DNA of 63,898 nucleotides, the filler included, from Choristocarpus tenellus KU-1152 (lineage: Eukaryota; Protista; Phaeophyceae): assembly GCA_964200185.2 (NCBI GenBank). It is 11 parts of 11 records of this genome, joined end to end, with 100 filler letters (N's around TTAATTAATTAA, not from the genome) between each part and the next. Parts side by side here need not be neighbours in the genome. Positions count along the whole stretch, not along the records: positions 1 to 6,910 come from CAXNAD020007085.1; positions 7,011 to 12,038 come from CAXNAD020012118.1; positions 12,139 to 15,349 come from CAXNAD020021509.1; 8 more parts are not named here. One strand, written 5' to 3'. Shown piece by piece: positions 1 through 12,236 of the stretch. Position numbers and translations under genes: made by a program. Position 1 is the stretch's first letter. Every line of letters begins with the position of its first letter. Under the pieces are notes generated by a model. The model saw only the letters and a list, made by a program, of their open reading frames with translations, did not search any database and had not been told where the DNA came from.

Positions 1-1074
1 TTGGGAGTCTCCCCCCCCCCCTCGATTCCTGTCACAGCATCAATGACGTACTTAACTGTCCTGTGAATGCCCAAAACGATACGAGCACACCAAGGCAATA
101 GCAAGGCATACACTTTCAGATACCAAACAGTACAACAGAGTGCGACATAACGCCTCCTAGGTACGTACTCCCAATTTACCAGGATATCGTGGACTGGGGT
201 GTAAATACAGAAATCGCAACAGGGTACGAGGAGTCGCTTGTCGATCATGATCTCAGTTGCCTGTCAAGGGATGAGGCCAGGGGCGCTGGCAATGGCTGCA
301 GTACCAGGAAATGTTCAGGCGTGCGCATCTGTTTCGTATTGTGACTTCGTTCACTTCCAGAAAGGGTCTCCTCTCGCACAAGAACAACACACCAACACTA
401 TCCTCTTGATTTTCACACCCTTTCCCTCACACGGAACACAAATAGTTTTCTTATTTTTATCAACTTGCACCGTACGTCGGAAATGGGCTATCACCGCCCC
501 ACCACGTGCCTTCCCTCTTGAGAAAATTTACGTCTCGGTTAACGAGACTTGCTGAGCATCCCCCTTGGCGGCGTTGCACTATACAGGGTGTAGGAGATCA
601 AATACCCCTCAGTCATACCCACTCCGCTGCACCCGACCAGTCCTGCATGACCCACTAGCACACTGCTCACTATGAATCACACCATGTTGCATCACTGACT
701 GACCACACCTCTATCCCCAGGCAGAGAACGATGTGTACGATAGACAACATAAACGCATGCTTCGGTCCAAATCAGTCCACCCCCTGGACCCGATTAACAT
801 ACCCCATTGATATCTCATCAGCAAACGTGTATGCCTTTTAAGTTTTTTACTTGTGTATGCAAACCAGAGACCTTAGGCACCGCAGCAGAAAAAGGTCTGA
901 CCACTGTCAAATGTGTTTTCAGTGTGGAATAAATATGAAGACATCCTGTCCAATGCATACCATTGTGCTTACACAAATGTCTCAAGCACTGTGTCAATGT
1001 TCAATGATGTGGATTACCTTCTACTGTACTTCCAGGACCAAACAAGATCGAACTTCTAGCCAAACCATATCAAT

Positions 1075-2369
1075 TTACATGGTACAAAGTGGAGATCAGT
1101 ATCCAAAGGGCATTGCCACGGGCAATAGGCTGTACCAACCACATTAATTGAAAGCGACAACATGGGCTGCACACCAGAGGAACCGTAAGAGGGACAACTA
1201 TACAACAAGGGCTGAATCATGATGTGAGCAGTCAGGAAGAACATATGATGTGATAAGGGATACCAAATATATCTTCCAACAAAAAATGAGGTAATCTTCA
1301 GTGAGAGGCATGAGAAACCAAGCTAACCATACCATCACCATCAAGCAAACCACACAAAAAGTGCCAAGTCGTTCCTCCCCTTTCCCCTTCTTCCCGTTCT
1401 ACAAAGTATTGTCCACGTCAGCAATGAAAGAAGGCGCAACTTTTTTTAATCCAATATCACACCATTCGCTTTCCCCAAATATCTCACTTCTACTTCAATC
1501 TTGCTGCTCTTGATAAATTTCTGCTCCTGAGCCACCACGATCTTGATACGCATTTCTGCGGGGAGCACCCGCTCCTCCTGAGCATTCAGTAAACAGAGCT
1601 CAAAATCTATAATCGCCAAGGACGAAGAGAGATGGGAGGTGGGGTGGGGTTCAAGAGGAGCAAGTTCAGTTGCCATTCTTCAATCACGGTAAGTGGGGAG
1701 AAGCGGCCCATTGCCAACCAATCACTAACAGAAACACGCGCAGGGAAGGAGATATAGGAAAGAAAATGATGCCGAGACTGGGCCAGGCACACCATTATCA
1801 ACGTGTCCTAGGACCACGAAGAGACTAATCCGATTTTTTCAGAAGTGATGTATGGGATGGGTTTTAGCAGGTCCAGTGTAGCAATGGGAGACCAATCATA
1901 CTATCCTCGTGGCAAACCAATAGAATTATCTCAGATCTGGGCGTAGGCTATTGCTGTGATGACCAACATAATTGCGATTGGTCCAGAACAGATGCCTTTG
2001 AGGAGGATGTACCTGTGCGGGTCTAGCCTCGGCTCAATCCCCAAGGGATGATAAACCTTCTGTCAGAACATACTCTAGATTGCAGATTAACTAAACGACT
2101 TCAGGGGATACACGTATGACAGGATGCATGGTATTCATTACCCTGTAAAATCAAAACAACAAAAGCTGTACGCTATCTCGGTGTGACCTAAACGGGAGTA
2201 TTGGGGGGACGGGGTGAGAGGGACGAATGGAGTAGCACTCACGAGTAAGACCCGTAATTACGCCATCTGCAGTTGTCCAGCTCTTATTTCGAGGAGTAGG
2301 AGCAAAGTTTCTACTCTTATTTCTCCTTCCCCACAGCGGCGACACAATCTGAGACAAGAAAGATGCCAT
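1075..2369 (-). CDS. Putative multi-exon gene of unknown function (5' part), divergent from the gene starting at 2985
   Basis: ATG at 2369 (MASFLSQIVSPLWGRRNK...TADG|gt), followed by AG/GT-bounded candidate exons KVYHPLGIEPRLDPH, EERVLPAEMRIKIVVAQEQKFIKSSKIEVE and PIARGNALWILISTLYH. The exon chain is not fully resolved and no family was recognised. Confidence 0.4.
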
Positions 2370-2984
2370 TGTGGGTGGAAGGCGAGTCTCCTCGCCTCCC
2401 CTAAACTGATCCTCTCAAGGTGTTTAATTCCAAAAATTTCAAATTGAAGAACGATCGTTCACGCTATGACTACCCCCACATCAGATCATAAGAGAAGACG
2501 GGTGGGACATTTGACCATGCAAACATGGGTTACGGGGCTTTGTCCCCGATTCTTGCATGAAAAGCGTCCCCTAAAATGTCCTCTTCATGGTAAGTATAGA
2601 GGACCACTACTAGAGTTCCTACTCGTTCTTAGAAGGTATCACACTATTATGATAAAACAGTTCCACTCTCACTATCAGTCAATAAGGGTTAGGGATAACA
2701 AAAGGTTCAATACGGTACCGTATTAGTGGTTGGTTGTTGACTTTGTCCTTTGTTGACTCTCTGACCCACCTTCGATTTTCATGCGGTCTTGATTAGGTCG
2801 AGAAGGAGACTTGCTCATGCACTCATGTGCTAGCTAAAAAAGAGGTAGCTTCGACCATCTGCTTTAGGAAAACCTCTGAGCGCTGACTGGTGGAGCCATT
2901 TTGAACGATTACTCCCGTAGTTGGAGGGATCAACGTGTGTGCGGCACCTGAGCCTCAAGCAAGCATTTCGTTTGGGAAAGCTGC

Positions 2985-5900
2985 ATGTCCACCATGGGGC
3001 ATGTTGGCTTGACATTTGCACTGGCCACCCTCATCAGATCTAGTAATGTTGGTGCATTTGTACCTGGAGTGGGATGCGGGATACGCAGAACAGGGGGACA
3101 TAGCACACGCATAGTCACGTCCTGTGGCTCGGCAACATCAGAAAGGTAACAATGCTGTCTGTGTTTTGGGGGCTGTTTTTTTCACGTACTTGCTGGACCC
3201 AATTGTATTCCTTCCTCCCTCCTTCCCGATGGGCAGTCACCCTCCCCCCTACTCCCCCCTTGGCGTGGTTCTCTTCCCCCGACATCTCGACCTCTACTCT
3301 TGCCCCAGCTTGAAGCGAGAAGTAGGAAGCCAGAGCACCTCCAGCACTAACCACGGGTGAGCGTTGTGAGGGATATCACGAATCCCCTGCCCAGTTTAGA
3401 TTACTTAGACAAGGAAAATGTGTATTTGTCTGTTATTTGGCCACCACACATCACATTCCGTGCCCTACCTCTTGCATGTCTCTTCTTCTGTTTCCACAGT
3501 AACCCCAACGGGGACTCCAATGGCGACACTCTTCGACTAAAATGCCCAGTGGATCTCATCCGCATTTCACCACCTGCTGGGGACAGAAATTTTGAACAGA
3601 TGGATAGGTCTAGCGGGGGTAGGGGGAATCAAGGTAGTGGGAGGGGAGGCAGGTGGGAAGACTTCGGGGCGTCCAGTGACGACCGCAACGTGTTCGGGGG
3701 GAGGGGAAGGGGCAGTGGAGGCGGGGGAAGGTAAGGATTATGTGATAACCTTTGCACCTCCCAACGCTTTCGTTGCATCACTCGACCTGCACGCCGAGTC
3801 TTCCGAGATAGAAGGGGAGAATATAGATAGTTGAATGTCAGTGCCACTTAATTGATTCCCACGCACATGCTCAGACTAGTTCCATTTTTCTTCACTAGCT
3901 TTCAACTCAATCGATTTATCATTGGATTTGTGGGGGGAAAATGATCTTGCCTTGCACTAATTTTGAGGCCCATATCATCAACCCATCTCTCTCTCTCTCT
4001 CTCTCTCTCTGCCCTCCTCATACCTGCGTGCTCGTATCCCTTACTCCCCTGTTTCGCTTTTAGCCTCGTGAGCACCTCAATTCTTCAAAAATACCTCTTG
4101 AAAAACGCCTCCCTCCCCCTCCCAGTTGCTGTTCCTTGAGGTGTGTAGATGTTTTGCCAAGTGTGGTCGACTTGCAGCAGAGCACACATGTCTCCTGTTT
4201 ATGTCTGGCCTATCACAGGTTGTTGTGTATTCAGGGAGTCCCCACACACATTCAGCTCCTCAAACAATCACAGAATGAAGCCCCCCCCCCTGCCCACCAC
4301 ATCTTTATATCTTGACATGACCTCACCCAAGCCCTATCTGAATGACCCAATCATGCAAAGATTGATGCTTAGGGGATATGTTACATAGAAACAAATACTT
4401 AACAAATGGTGAAGCACTCCACTTACAAACAAGATGCATGCGGTTGTGCTGCAACATTTTCAGTTATTGCCGTTCTTACTCTCACTATTTAAAACATTGG
4501 AAAGGCTCAACTCCCAAATATGTAGATACATCCCTCCTTGCCTGACAGCTGATTGTGTTTTACCAGGTTCGGGTCTGGTGGGGGTAGGGGGCCTGCTGGT
4601 GGGGGTAGGGGGCCTGCTGGTGGGCGTAGTTTCGGTGGAGGTGGCCGAGGAAGTTTAGCTGGTAGGGGTTCCAGTCAGGGGGCGCCCACAGGAAAACGAC
4701 AATTTGGTAGTGGGGGCCGTGGTGGCTTTTCGGAGCAGACGGAGGGTGACAGGGGCAGCAGGGGGGAATTTAGTTCAGAGGATGGAATGGGAAATGCCAT
4801 GGCCTCTGAGGGATTCGGCAGTGGTGATAAGAGGTATGGTATTCAAGTGATGTCAAGATTTCATACCTGTCCTGTGTTAGTTGCATGTTATGGCTGTCTT
4901 GACTTGACTTGGTGCAGTGATAGTAGCGGTAATATTTTGTGATATTTTATAGTAGCAGTAGTAGGCTATTTTTGCCCTGGGTCCTTTTTTTTTTGGATGA
5001 CATAGTTTGTTTGTTGCATGTGTTTTACTCTCACAATATCTCAATTCCTGTTGTTGTCTTGTTTGTTTATTTGGCGATGGGGTGTACAGCAGTAAACTCC
5101 TAGCTTTTTTTTTTTGCTTGGAATTTTCACTTTTTCTTTTCTTTTAAATGGACTATTATCATTATTACTTCCAGAAGTAGTGTTTTGTTTGTGGGAACAA
5201 TCTGTTCTTTTGTGCAGAAGATCGTGCATTTTGCCACGGGTTGTGGCTGCTGAGAGAAAGGAGAATTGACCTAGGTACTATTGATGTGAGGTAATGCAAT
5301 CAGTTCAACAACCGTGCTGTTCTATAAAGTGTTGTCATAGGTTGTAACTCAAGGATTTATGAGCAGATAAACAAGAAAAAGAAATGCGGCGGTGGAAGCA
5401 TAGACGGAAGAGAGAGTCAAATCGGCCCACGTTCTTAACCACACTGTTGTTTTAGCACAACAACGAACAGGAAAACAAGCCTGATGGTGGTGGTATTGCT
5501 ACTGGGTGAGAAATGCTTTATGTTGAAGAAGGGTGCTATCAACTTCCTCCCCCAGTCTGTCACAAAAAAAACAACAACTCAGCCCACTGTGTTGACAAAA
5601 TTTATAGAGGGCTCTCACGAACGATTGAGGGTGGGTAAAAGCATGCCTGGGGTGGGCTTGGTTGTCAATGGACAGCAAGTGATGCTTGCTCTATGATGAT
5701 GTTGGGGGTAAATCCGATACTAGGACTGTTACCCCGTGTCGTTGGCGTTTGAGAGACGTGAGGATGAGTTATTCCTGCCTTTTTGTGACTCCGCAGTTGG
5801 AGGATGTTTTGTTTGAGCCAGACGGCTCTGTAGCTGTGGTCGATGGTCCTGTAGCGAGGACAGATGGCTTATTGTGGTTGTACCGCACTGCTTCAGGCAC

Positions 5901-6651
5901 ATTCTGATATCGCCTTCCTTTTTTCCTTCCCCCTCCCCCTCTCCCTCCCGTCTCTTCCATGGTGTTTGTTGACTTGGGAATGGGGTGCTCGCCAGGGCAA
6001 CCTTTGACAAGAAAAAGTTTGTCGCTAAGGGAGGGACCTCCTACGATGAGTCCAAGGGTGGCAAGGCTAAGGTCGAGGTGCGTCAGTAGAAAAGAACCAA
6101 ACAGCCCTATGAAGCGTACACACACGCACGCACGCGCGCGCACGCGCGCACATCAGGGTGACAAAGACGGTGCATCAGTTCCCAACACACACACAAGAAC
6201 TTCCATTGTATTTTTTTTTATTGGGTACTCTCGTGTGGGGTGTATCCGCTTGTCAGTTGAAAAAATAAATAAATAGTAAGGCACGTACGTGTACTGTAAA
6301 AGTTAAAGGTAGTGATCACACACACGCAAGGGTGAATTTTTTATTTTTTTTAGGTGAATGGTACGAGAGGTTTTTTTGGTTCTCGTCATCGGATTTGATT
6401 TTGCCGCCTTGCTAGGCGTTTTTTGTTTGTGTCTTGCAGTGGACCATTTGACTCCTGTATTAGGATGCACCTGTGATATCCGCTCCCTGTCCTTTTGTGT
6501 GTGTGTGTGTTGATGCATTGATGCGTCAGTCTGAGAGAAGGGCTCGTAAGAAGACTCTGACCAATATGGCTGCAGATGACCAAGACGAATCTGAGATATT
6601 TGATGACAGCGAGGAGCCCTCTACCCTCGACATTGTCTCTGGTTCTGTGGA
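2985..6651 (+). CDS. Plastid-targeted Gly/Arg (RGG)-rich protein, N-terminal part. Exons 2985-3145, 3309-3356, 3500-3730, 4567-4833, 5996-6077, 6530-6651; truncated by the contig end
   Basis: Six GT-AG exons join in frame: MSTMGHVGLTFALATLIRSSNVGA-FVPGVGCGIRRTGGHSTR... (signal peptide, Phe at +1, S/T/R-rich transit peptide), then GGRGNQGSGRGGR/FGSGGGRGPAGGGRG repeats, ATFDKKKFVAKGG..., SERRARKK...DDSEEPSTLDIVSGSV. Confidence 0.7.
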
Positions 6652-6910
6652 GTGAGTGATGTATGTCGGTGTATTTCATTTGGAAAAAATAAATATATAT
6701 TGGAATATATTTATTTTTAATGTATTATGTTGTGTGATTGATGTATGTTGGTGTATTTCTTTAGGATTTTTTTTTTTTTGAAATATATGTATAGATGAAT
6801 GTGTTGATGAATTTATGTAATGGCGTGTGTGTGTGTGTCATGTATTATGCCCTGTGCATAGATCATGTGTTTTGTATGTATCTATGCTGTCTTGAGTTCA
6901 TTCGGGGGGG

Positions 6911-7010
6911 NNNNNNNNNNNNNNNNNNNNNNNNNNNNNNNNNNNNNNNNNNNNTTAATTAATTAANNNNNNNNNNNNNNNNNNNNNNNNNNNNNNNNNN
7001 NNNNNNNNNN
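6911..7010. other. Artificial contig spacer (44 N + TTAATTAATTAA + 44 N). Identical spacers at 12039-12138, 15350-15449, 22532-22631, 26551-26650, 29292-29391, 39398-39497, 50000-50099, 56114-56213, 59769-59868
   Basis: Ten identical 100-nt blocks. TTAATTAATTAA places stops in all six frames, as expected of a pseudomolecule linker. Confidence 0.98.
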
Positions 7011-7042
<32 letters not shown>

Positions 7043-7987
7043 GGTGTGGGGGGGGGGGGGGGGGGGGGGGGGTGGGGGGGGGGTTGGTAGTGATGTAGCG
7101 TACTCTGATTCGCTCTTCTTGTACTTAACCCACTAGGTTTACACCTACCTTTGCTGTAGCTGAGAGACTATCAACGCTGTCGCTATCTGTGCCACGACAG
7201 ATATAAATCTTCTCCTCTCGAAGGCACCCAGTCCAAATACTCCCACACAGCGCTCTCTCTCTCTCTCTCTCTCTTATATTCCACTCTAACACACATTGCC
7301 TGTGCTGTGATGCAGTTCCTGGAAGATTAGGTTTTGCCCCTTTTTTCCTTTCTCATTCTCGTTTGTAACCTCTGTATGGTAGCAGCCTTGAGCACTTCCG
7401 GATGATGCATTGTGAAACCGTTTTACCCAGTCTGCCCCCTCCCAGAGCGCACTCTTGTCCCCAACCAGCGTGAGTATTATTTATTATTTGAACAGATTTT
7501 TTTTATTTTAATGTCTGGTATACTCCCGTAGTTTGTAGGTTTCCAAAGTTGCTTTTATTTCTACACATTTTGTTCGCGTTGGTTGTGGTGCCATGCCCTC
7601 TCATGCGTTGGACTGTATGTGCTTTGAATTATTTTAGCTTTAAAAGTCTTTAGCTTAGAAGTGTGGAAGAAAATTGAATGTGAGGTGCACAGCATATTGG
7701 GCAGATGCGAGGTATGTGCAGAACAATATGTTTTTGGTTTGAGAGTTCCAGCAACCCTTCATTGCCTGCACTCTCATGGGGGAGTGTGCAAAATAGGACA
7801 ATAGTGAGGTGTACCTTGTTTTGTGTATGAGAGATTATCATTTTGATTTGAGTCCATCTGATGTAACTAATGAGAAAGTACGTGATGATTATGAATGGGA
7901 ATACATACGGGTTTTTATTTTGCATTCAACTATAGTTTGACGTAACCGTTGACTTATGTAGGAAGCACAAATAGTAATAAAACAAGC

Positions 7988-9689
7988 AATGAGAAGACAC
8001 CCCACAAAGGTCTCTCTCTCTTCCAATTTCAACCATGTAATCACGTTCAGCAAAGGGGGTCGGTCGTGTGAGGCTTCACACCTTCTTGTCTTCACTACTG
8101 ACAAATAGCATTACCTCCCAGGTTAAATTGCACAGGTTATGACACAGGTCGTGAGCCTTAGTAGTAGTAGTATGGAGAAAAGGAGCAGGTGGTGGGCCTC
8201 AACGACATGAAGAAGTTGCTCAACTAGACTGGAGCACCAGCACGACCAGTGGACACTTGGACAACATGGAGATTATACCTGGTGGTTTATGCCAGCGAAA
8301 GGGTCTGTAAGACATTCTGCGGCTAAAATGCGTCATCCTGAACTCACGGAGACACTACGGAACAGGAACGAATATCACACTGGATTTACGAAATAGGAAT
8401 CAATGAAGGATGATGCGCGGAGGGAATGGGAAGCTGGAGGCTAAGGAGATGTGGGGGATATGGTACGATCAATAACGAGCAAGAACTGGAGGTCAAGGGG
8501 AATACTTTAGGTGCCTGGTATGCCATGCCGAATATTGAGCACTGGGACCCTGTGACAAGACTCTTGCTTACGGAATGAGAAAAGCAATTGCTGTACCTGT
8601 CACTAGGCGAGCAGGACATTGGCAGGAGCAGTAACTAAGCCTTCACCGGAAGGGAAAGGAGGAGCTAACCGCAGGTAGCCTGGGAGCACTCTATCTAGCC
8701 GCTGGGACCATAAACTCATTGAAGAGAACACAGAAGGTCAGCGGAGGAGGCGGCCAAGGTACAGCTGGTCAACGTACAGACCATGTTACAACAGGATCCC
8801 CTACCAGAGACGAGACCAGGACCAACAGAAGATGTTTAAACTGTGGACTGATCGAGCGCATTGGTCCTTTTTCTTTCAAAGGAATATGCTATAACTGTGG
8901 AGGTAAAGGAGACCTTAATATCGTTTGTCGCCAGAGGAGAGTCACACACCGTCTAGTCTAAACAGGCGGAGGAATTAGCTGGACCGGGGTTGGAGCCAGA
9001 AAAAAAAGAAAAAGTGAAAGGTTGTCAGCAAAGGGCTGCAACATGTTCTACGATACCTAGCGGACACCATGAAAGTAGGGATACACTATCCTTCTGGTGG
9101 TGAAATGGACAATGGGGGTCTGGTCGGGTATGGAGACTCAGACTGGGGCAATGACACTGTTTCAAGACGAAGCGTGACGACGGGATACCTAGTCCTATTG
9201 AATGAGGCACCAATTGCATGGAAATCCAAGATGCAAGGAGTTGTAAACACATCTTCATCAGAAGCGAAATGGACAGTGATAGTACATGGAATGAGGCGTG
9301 CAATGTTCCTCAGATTCAAGTCTGGGGGAGTGAGTGCTACGTACAAAAAGAGAAACAGCAGAAGAGAGCAGGTTCAAATTTTCACCCATACACTAATCGA
9401 GGGATCATCATGGGGCATTATTGTACATCACTGTGTTGGTGCATCTAAAGAAGCAGATGCAAGACTTCGTAGACACTGTGTTGTTGACTAGATGAACGAC
9501 GTATGTTCGAGTTCAAGCAACAGTGTTCTTTTACTGCATTGACAGGATAAATGAGAAGACACCCCACAAAGGTCACTCTTCCAATTTCAACCATGTACTC
9601 ACGTTCGGCAATGGGGAACCGTGTGAGGCTTCACACCTTCTTGTCTTCACAACAGATAAATAGCATTACCTCCCAAGGCAAATTGCACA
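7988..9689 (+). mobile_element. Degenerate, internally deleted Ty1/copia LTR retrotransposon
   Basis: Direct repeats 7988-8134 and 9550-9689 both end ...AAATTGCACA. GGTTATG (PBS-like) follows the left repeat directly. Gag knuckle-like CYNCGGKGDLNIVC lies at ~8887-8928, and the copia RT/RNase H junction motif GYGDSDWGNDTVSRRSVTTGYLVLLNEAPIAWKSKMQGVVNTSSSEAKW at ~9125-9272. Confidence 0.88.
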
Positions 9690-12236
9690 GTAATCCCAAT
9701 GCCTTTGCATGGATGTGGAAACCTGTTTGTGTGTACGATACATACACCCTTGCACGGGACTGTTCCACTGTGGTAGGAAAACGCAGAACTGAGCGACCAA
9801 GGCAAGAGCTTTTCGAATCTATTTATCGTGCATGCATAAGTAAAGAGCGACAGTTTTGTCGTTTACGGTGTGCTTTATTTGTTTAGTTGATGCTTTCCAG
9901 TAGTATTCGTCCGATATCGATTCCACGGGTCATTACAACAGGTATTCATTAGTGTTACGATACAAAATCCTGCATTGGAGGGTGCTGCAAAACCTTTTCA
10001 TAAAGCGGACATAGGCGCACCTGACATCCTCAGGAGTGCGAGGCTGGCTGTTCGGGAAACAGTGCAGACCAATAAGAAAACAGGAATTTTCTTCGAGGAC
10101 GACAGTGGAACAATAAGCATGGTTCGTAGGTTTCGATAATTAACCACAAAATAGAACACTTTCGGATACATGCAAACCCGAAGGCCACGACTTTCGGGGC
10201 GTTTTTCAGCCTTTGCTCTGCCCTCCTACATGACAATTCGTCATTGAGTGGTGGCTCAAGTGGAAGTTACGTTTCGATGTTGTCTTACATATATGTGTCG
10301 TAGAAACATTTGTATGTCTTCTCTTTTCTTACCTCTCGCAAAAAGAAATATAATATTACTTTGTAATACACATACATAGAGAAAGTCTATTTTGTTGTTT
10401 TGGAATCCATTCGTGAAATTCGAAGGCATGGTGTCAAGCATCTCCTCTGCACTTCCACCTACAGAAGTAATGGACTTACGGTGATTGGAAGAGGCAGGTC
10501 GTATCTCGCTAGGCCTTTTTGGTACTCCCCCCTATTTTCTATCTCATCTTCACGTCACAAAATCATGCCAGCAGGGAATGAAGGAGGTCGGGTGATGATC
10601 TTATTTAGAGAATAGTACTCTGATACCTTAATAATAGTAGATGAAAACCTTGTTATAGTAGAACTAACTCTACCAGATAATGACAGTCCAAGTATTCTTT
10701 TGATTTTTATTACAACTTACATATGATACTAAGTCCTCTTCACATACAAACAACAATAGCAATATTTGTATGATACGAGATAGTCAATTTCCATCTCCTT
10801 TTTTTCTTGGTTGACGTGTGAGTACACTGCCCCCACCCACACACCCACCCCACCTATTTACAGTTCATACTTCAGAGAATCACCTAATTTTGTGAGACAG
10901 ACTGGTACACATAGTATTAAAAGAGCCGTTTATAGGAGAGGGGGGAAGAGTCGGTAGTGTAGACCTAGCACATTTACTCATAGTGGGTAGTACTAAACCA
11001 TTTGCAGCACAAGAGTACACCATAGTGTGTAGAGCTCTATTCAGACAACTGCATAGTACTCAAGACCAGAGGGAGTCAAAGTAAATATATCATCAGTGGC
11101 ACTTCAATCAGAATACAAAAGAGAAAGGGGTGTGATGTAAGCACCAGGGTCAATGAGCACAACAGTCAGATTGACCCCAGGGGCATGTCCCCCCCCCGTC
11201 CACCGTCCATACTTCAAGATGTTTTCCACTATAAACATAATAAACATACCACAAGATGTAAGGACCCAAGAAACACCACATCTGTATCGTCCATCCTCCC
11301 ACTGATCGACAGCAAGAACCATACGCCCTGCCTCTTGATCCCAATCAACAATACACTGATGTCATTTCCGCTATGCAGAAAGCAGGGCTCTACGTACTGT
11401 AGTAGTAGCTTGCCACGTCATTCAAATTGTGGCCAAACTATCTCAATAGTGTATCAATCAAATCCGTGCAACCTTGAATTCACGCCTTCCATTCAACTTC
11501 TCACCTTCCAATCCCGAAGTGTCTACGCATCACCTCAAGCTCAAGCTCGCCCTTTTATCTCTGTAACAGTGAGATCCCTTGGGCACCACCCTACCAACTC
11601 TCTGAACAGACTACCAACACCGGGATTATACAGTCCAGATGATAATACTATTCATTAATTAAAAGGCGTAAAAATCACTACATCTTCCTTCCTGCCTCGG
11701 AAGCAGCATCACCGACTTCAGAATGCCGAGTGCTGCACCTAATGTATAGCCTCAGTCTCTCTCTCTCCACTTCAAAGCATTCCCCACTCCCCAAGGCCAA
11801 CATTTCTTGCATCTACAAGACTTTTTTTTTCACAAAACAGGGGAGAGACGCACCCCGCCTGTTATACAGGCAGGAACAGTCGGGCCCTACCCAAAAAAGC
11901 TCCTAAAAGCATCCTAACCCTCTGCAATGCCAAGACACCTGGTGAGCAACCAAGGAAAGGAGAGACCTGAGATACCAAGGCATAGTGGGTGCCTCTTTCT
12001 CAAAAAAAGCATCAGCTACACCCTTCCCTTCACCTCCCNNNNNNNNNNNNNNNNNNNNNNNNNNNNNNNNNNNNNNNNNNNNTTAATTAATTAANNNNNN
12101 NNNNNNNNNNNNNNNNNNNNNNNNNNNNNNNNNNNNNNGGGGGGGAGAAAAAACAAGAAGCGGGGGGGGGGGGGGGGGGGGTGGGGGGGGGGGGGGGGAT
12201 TAATAATATTTCTTTTCCTGAACCACCACAACTTAC

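Noticed and set aside
6955-6966. Recurrent TTAATTAATTAA palindrome as a biological motif
   Set aside because: Always centred in a 100-nt N block; it is a synthetic six-frame stop linker.
7011-7083. Long poly-G runs at contig starts as functional elements
   Set aside because: They abut gaps, their lengths are unreliable, and they may be partly sequencing or assembly artefacts.
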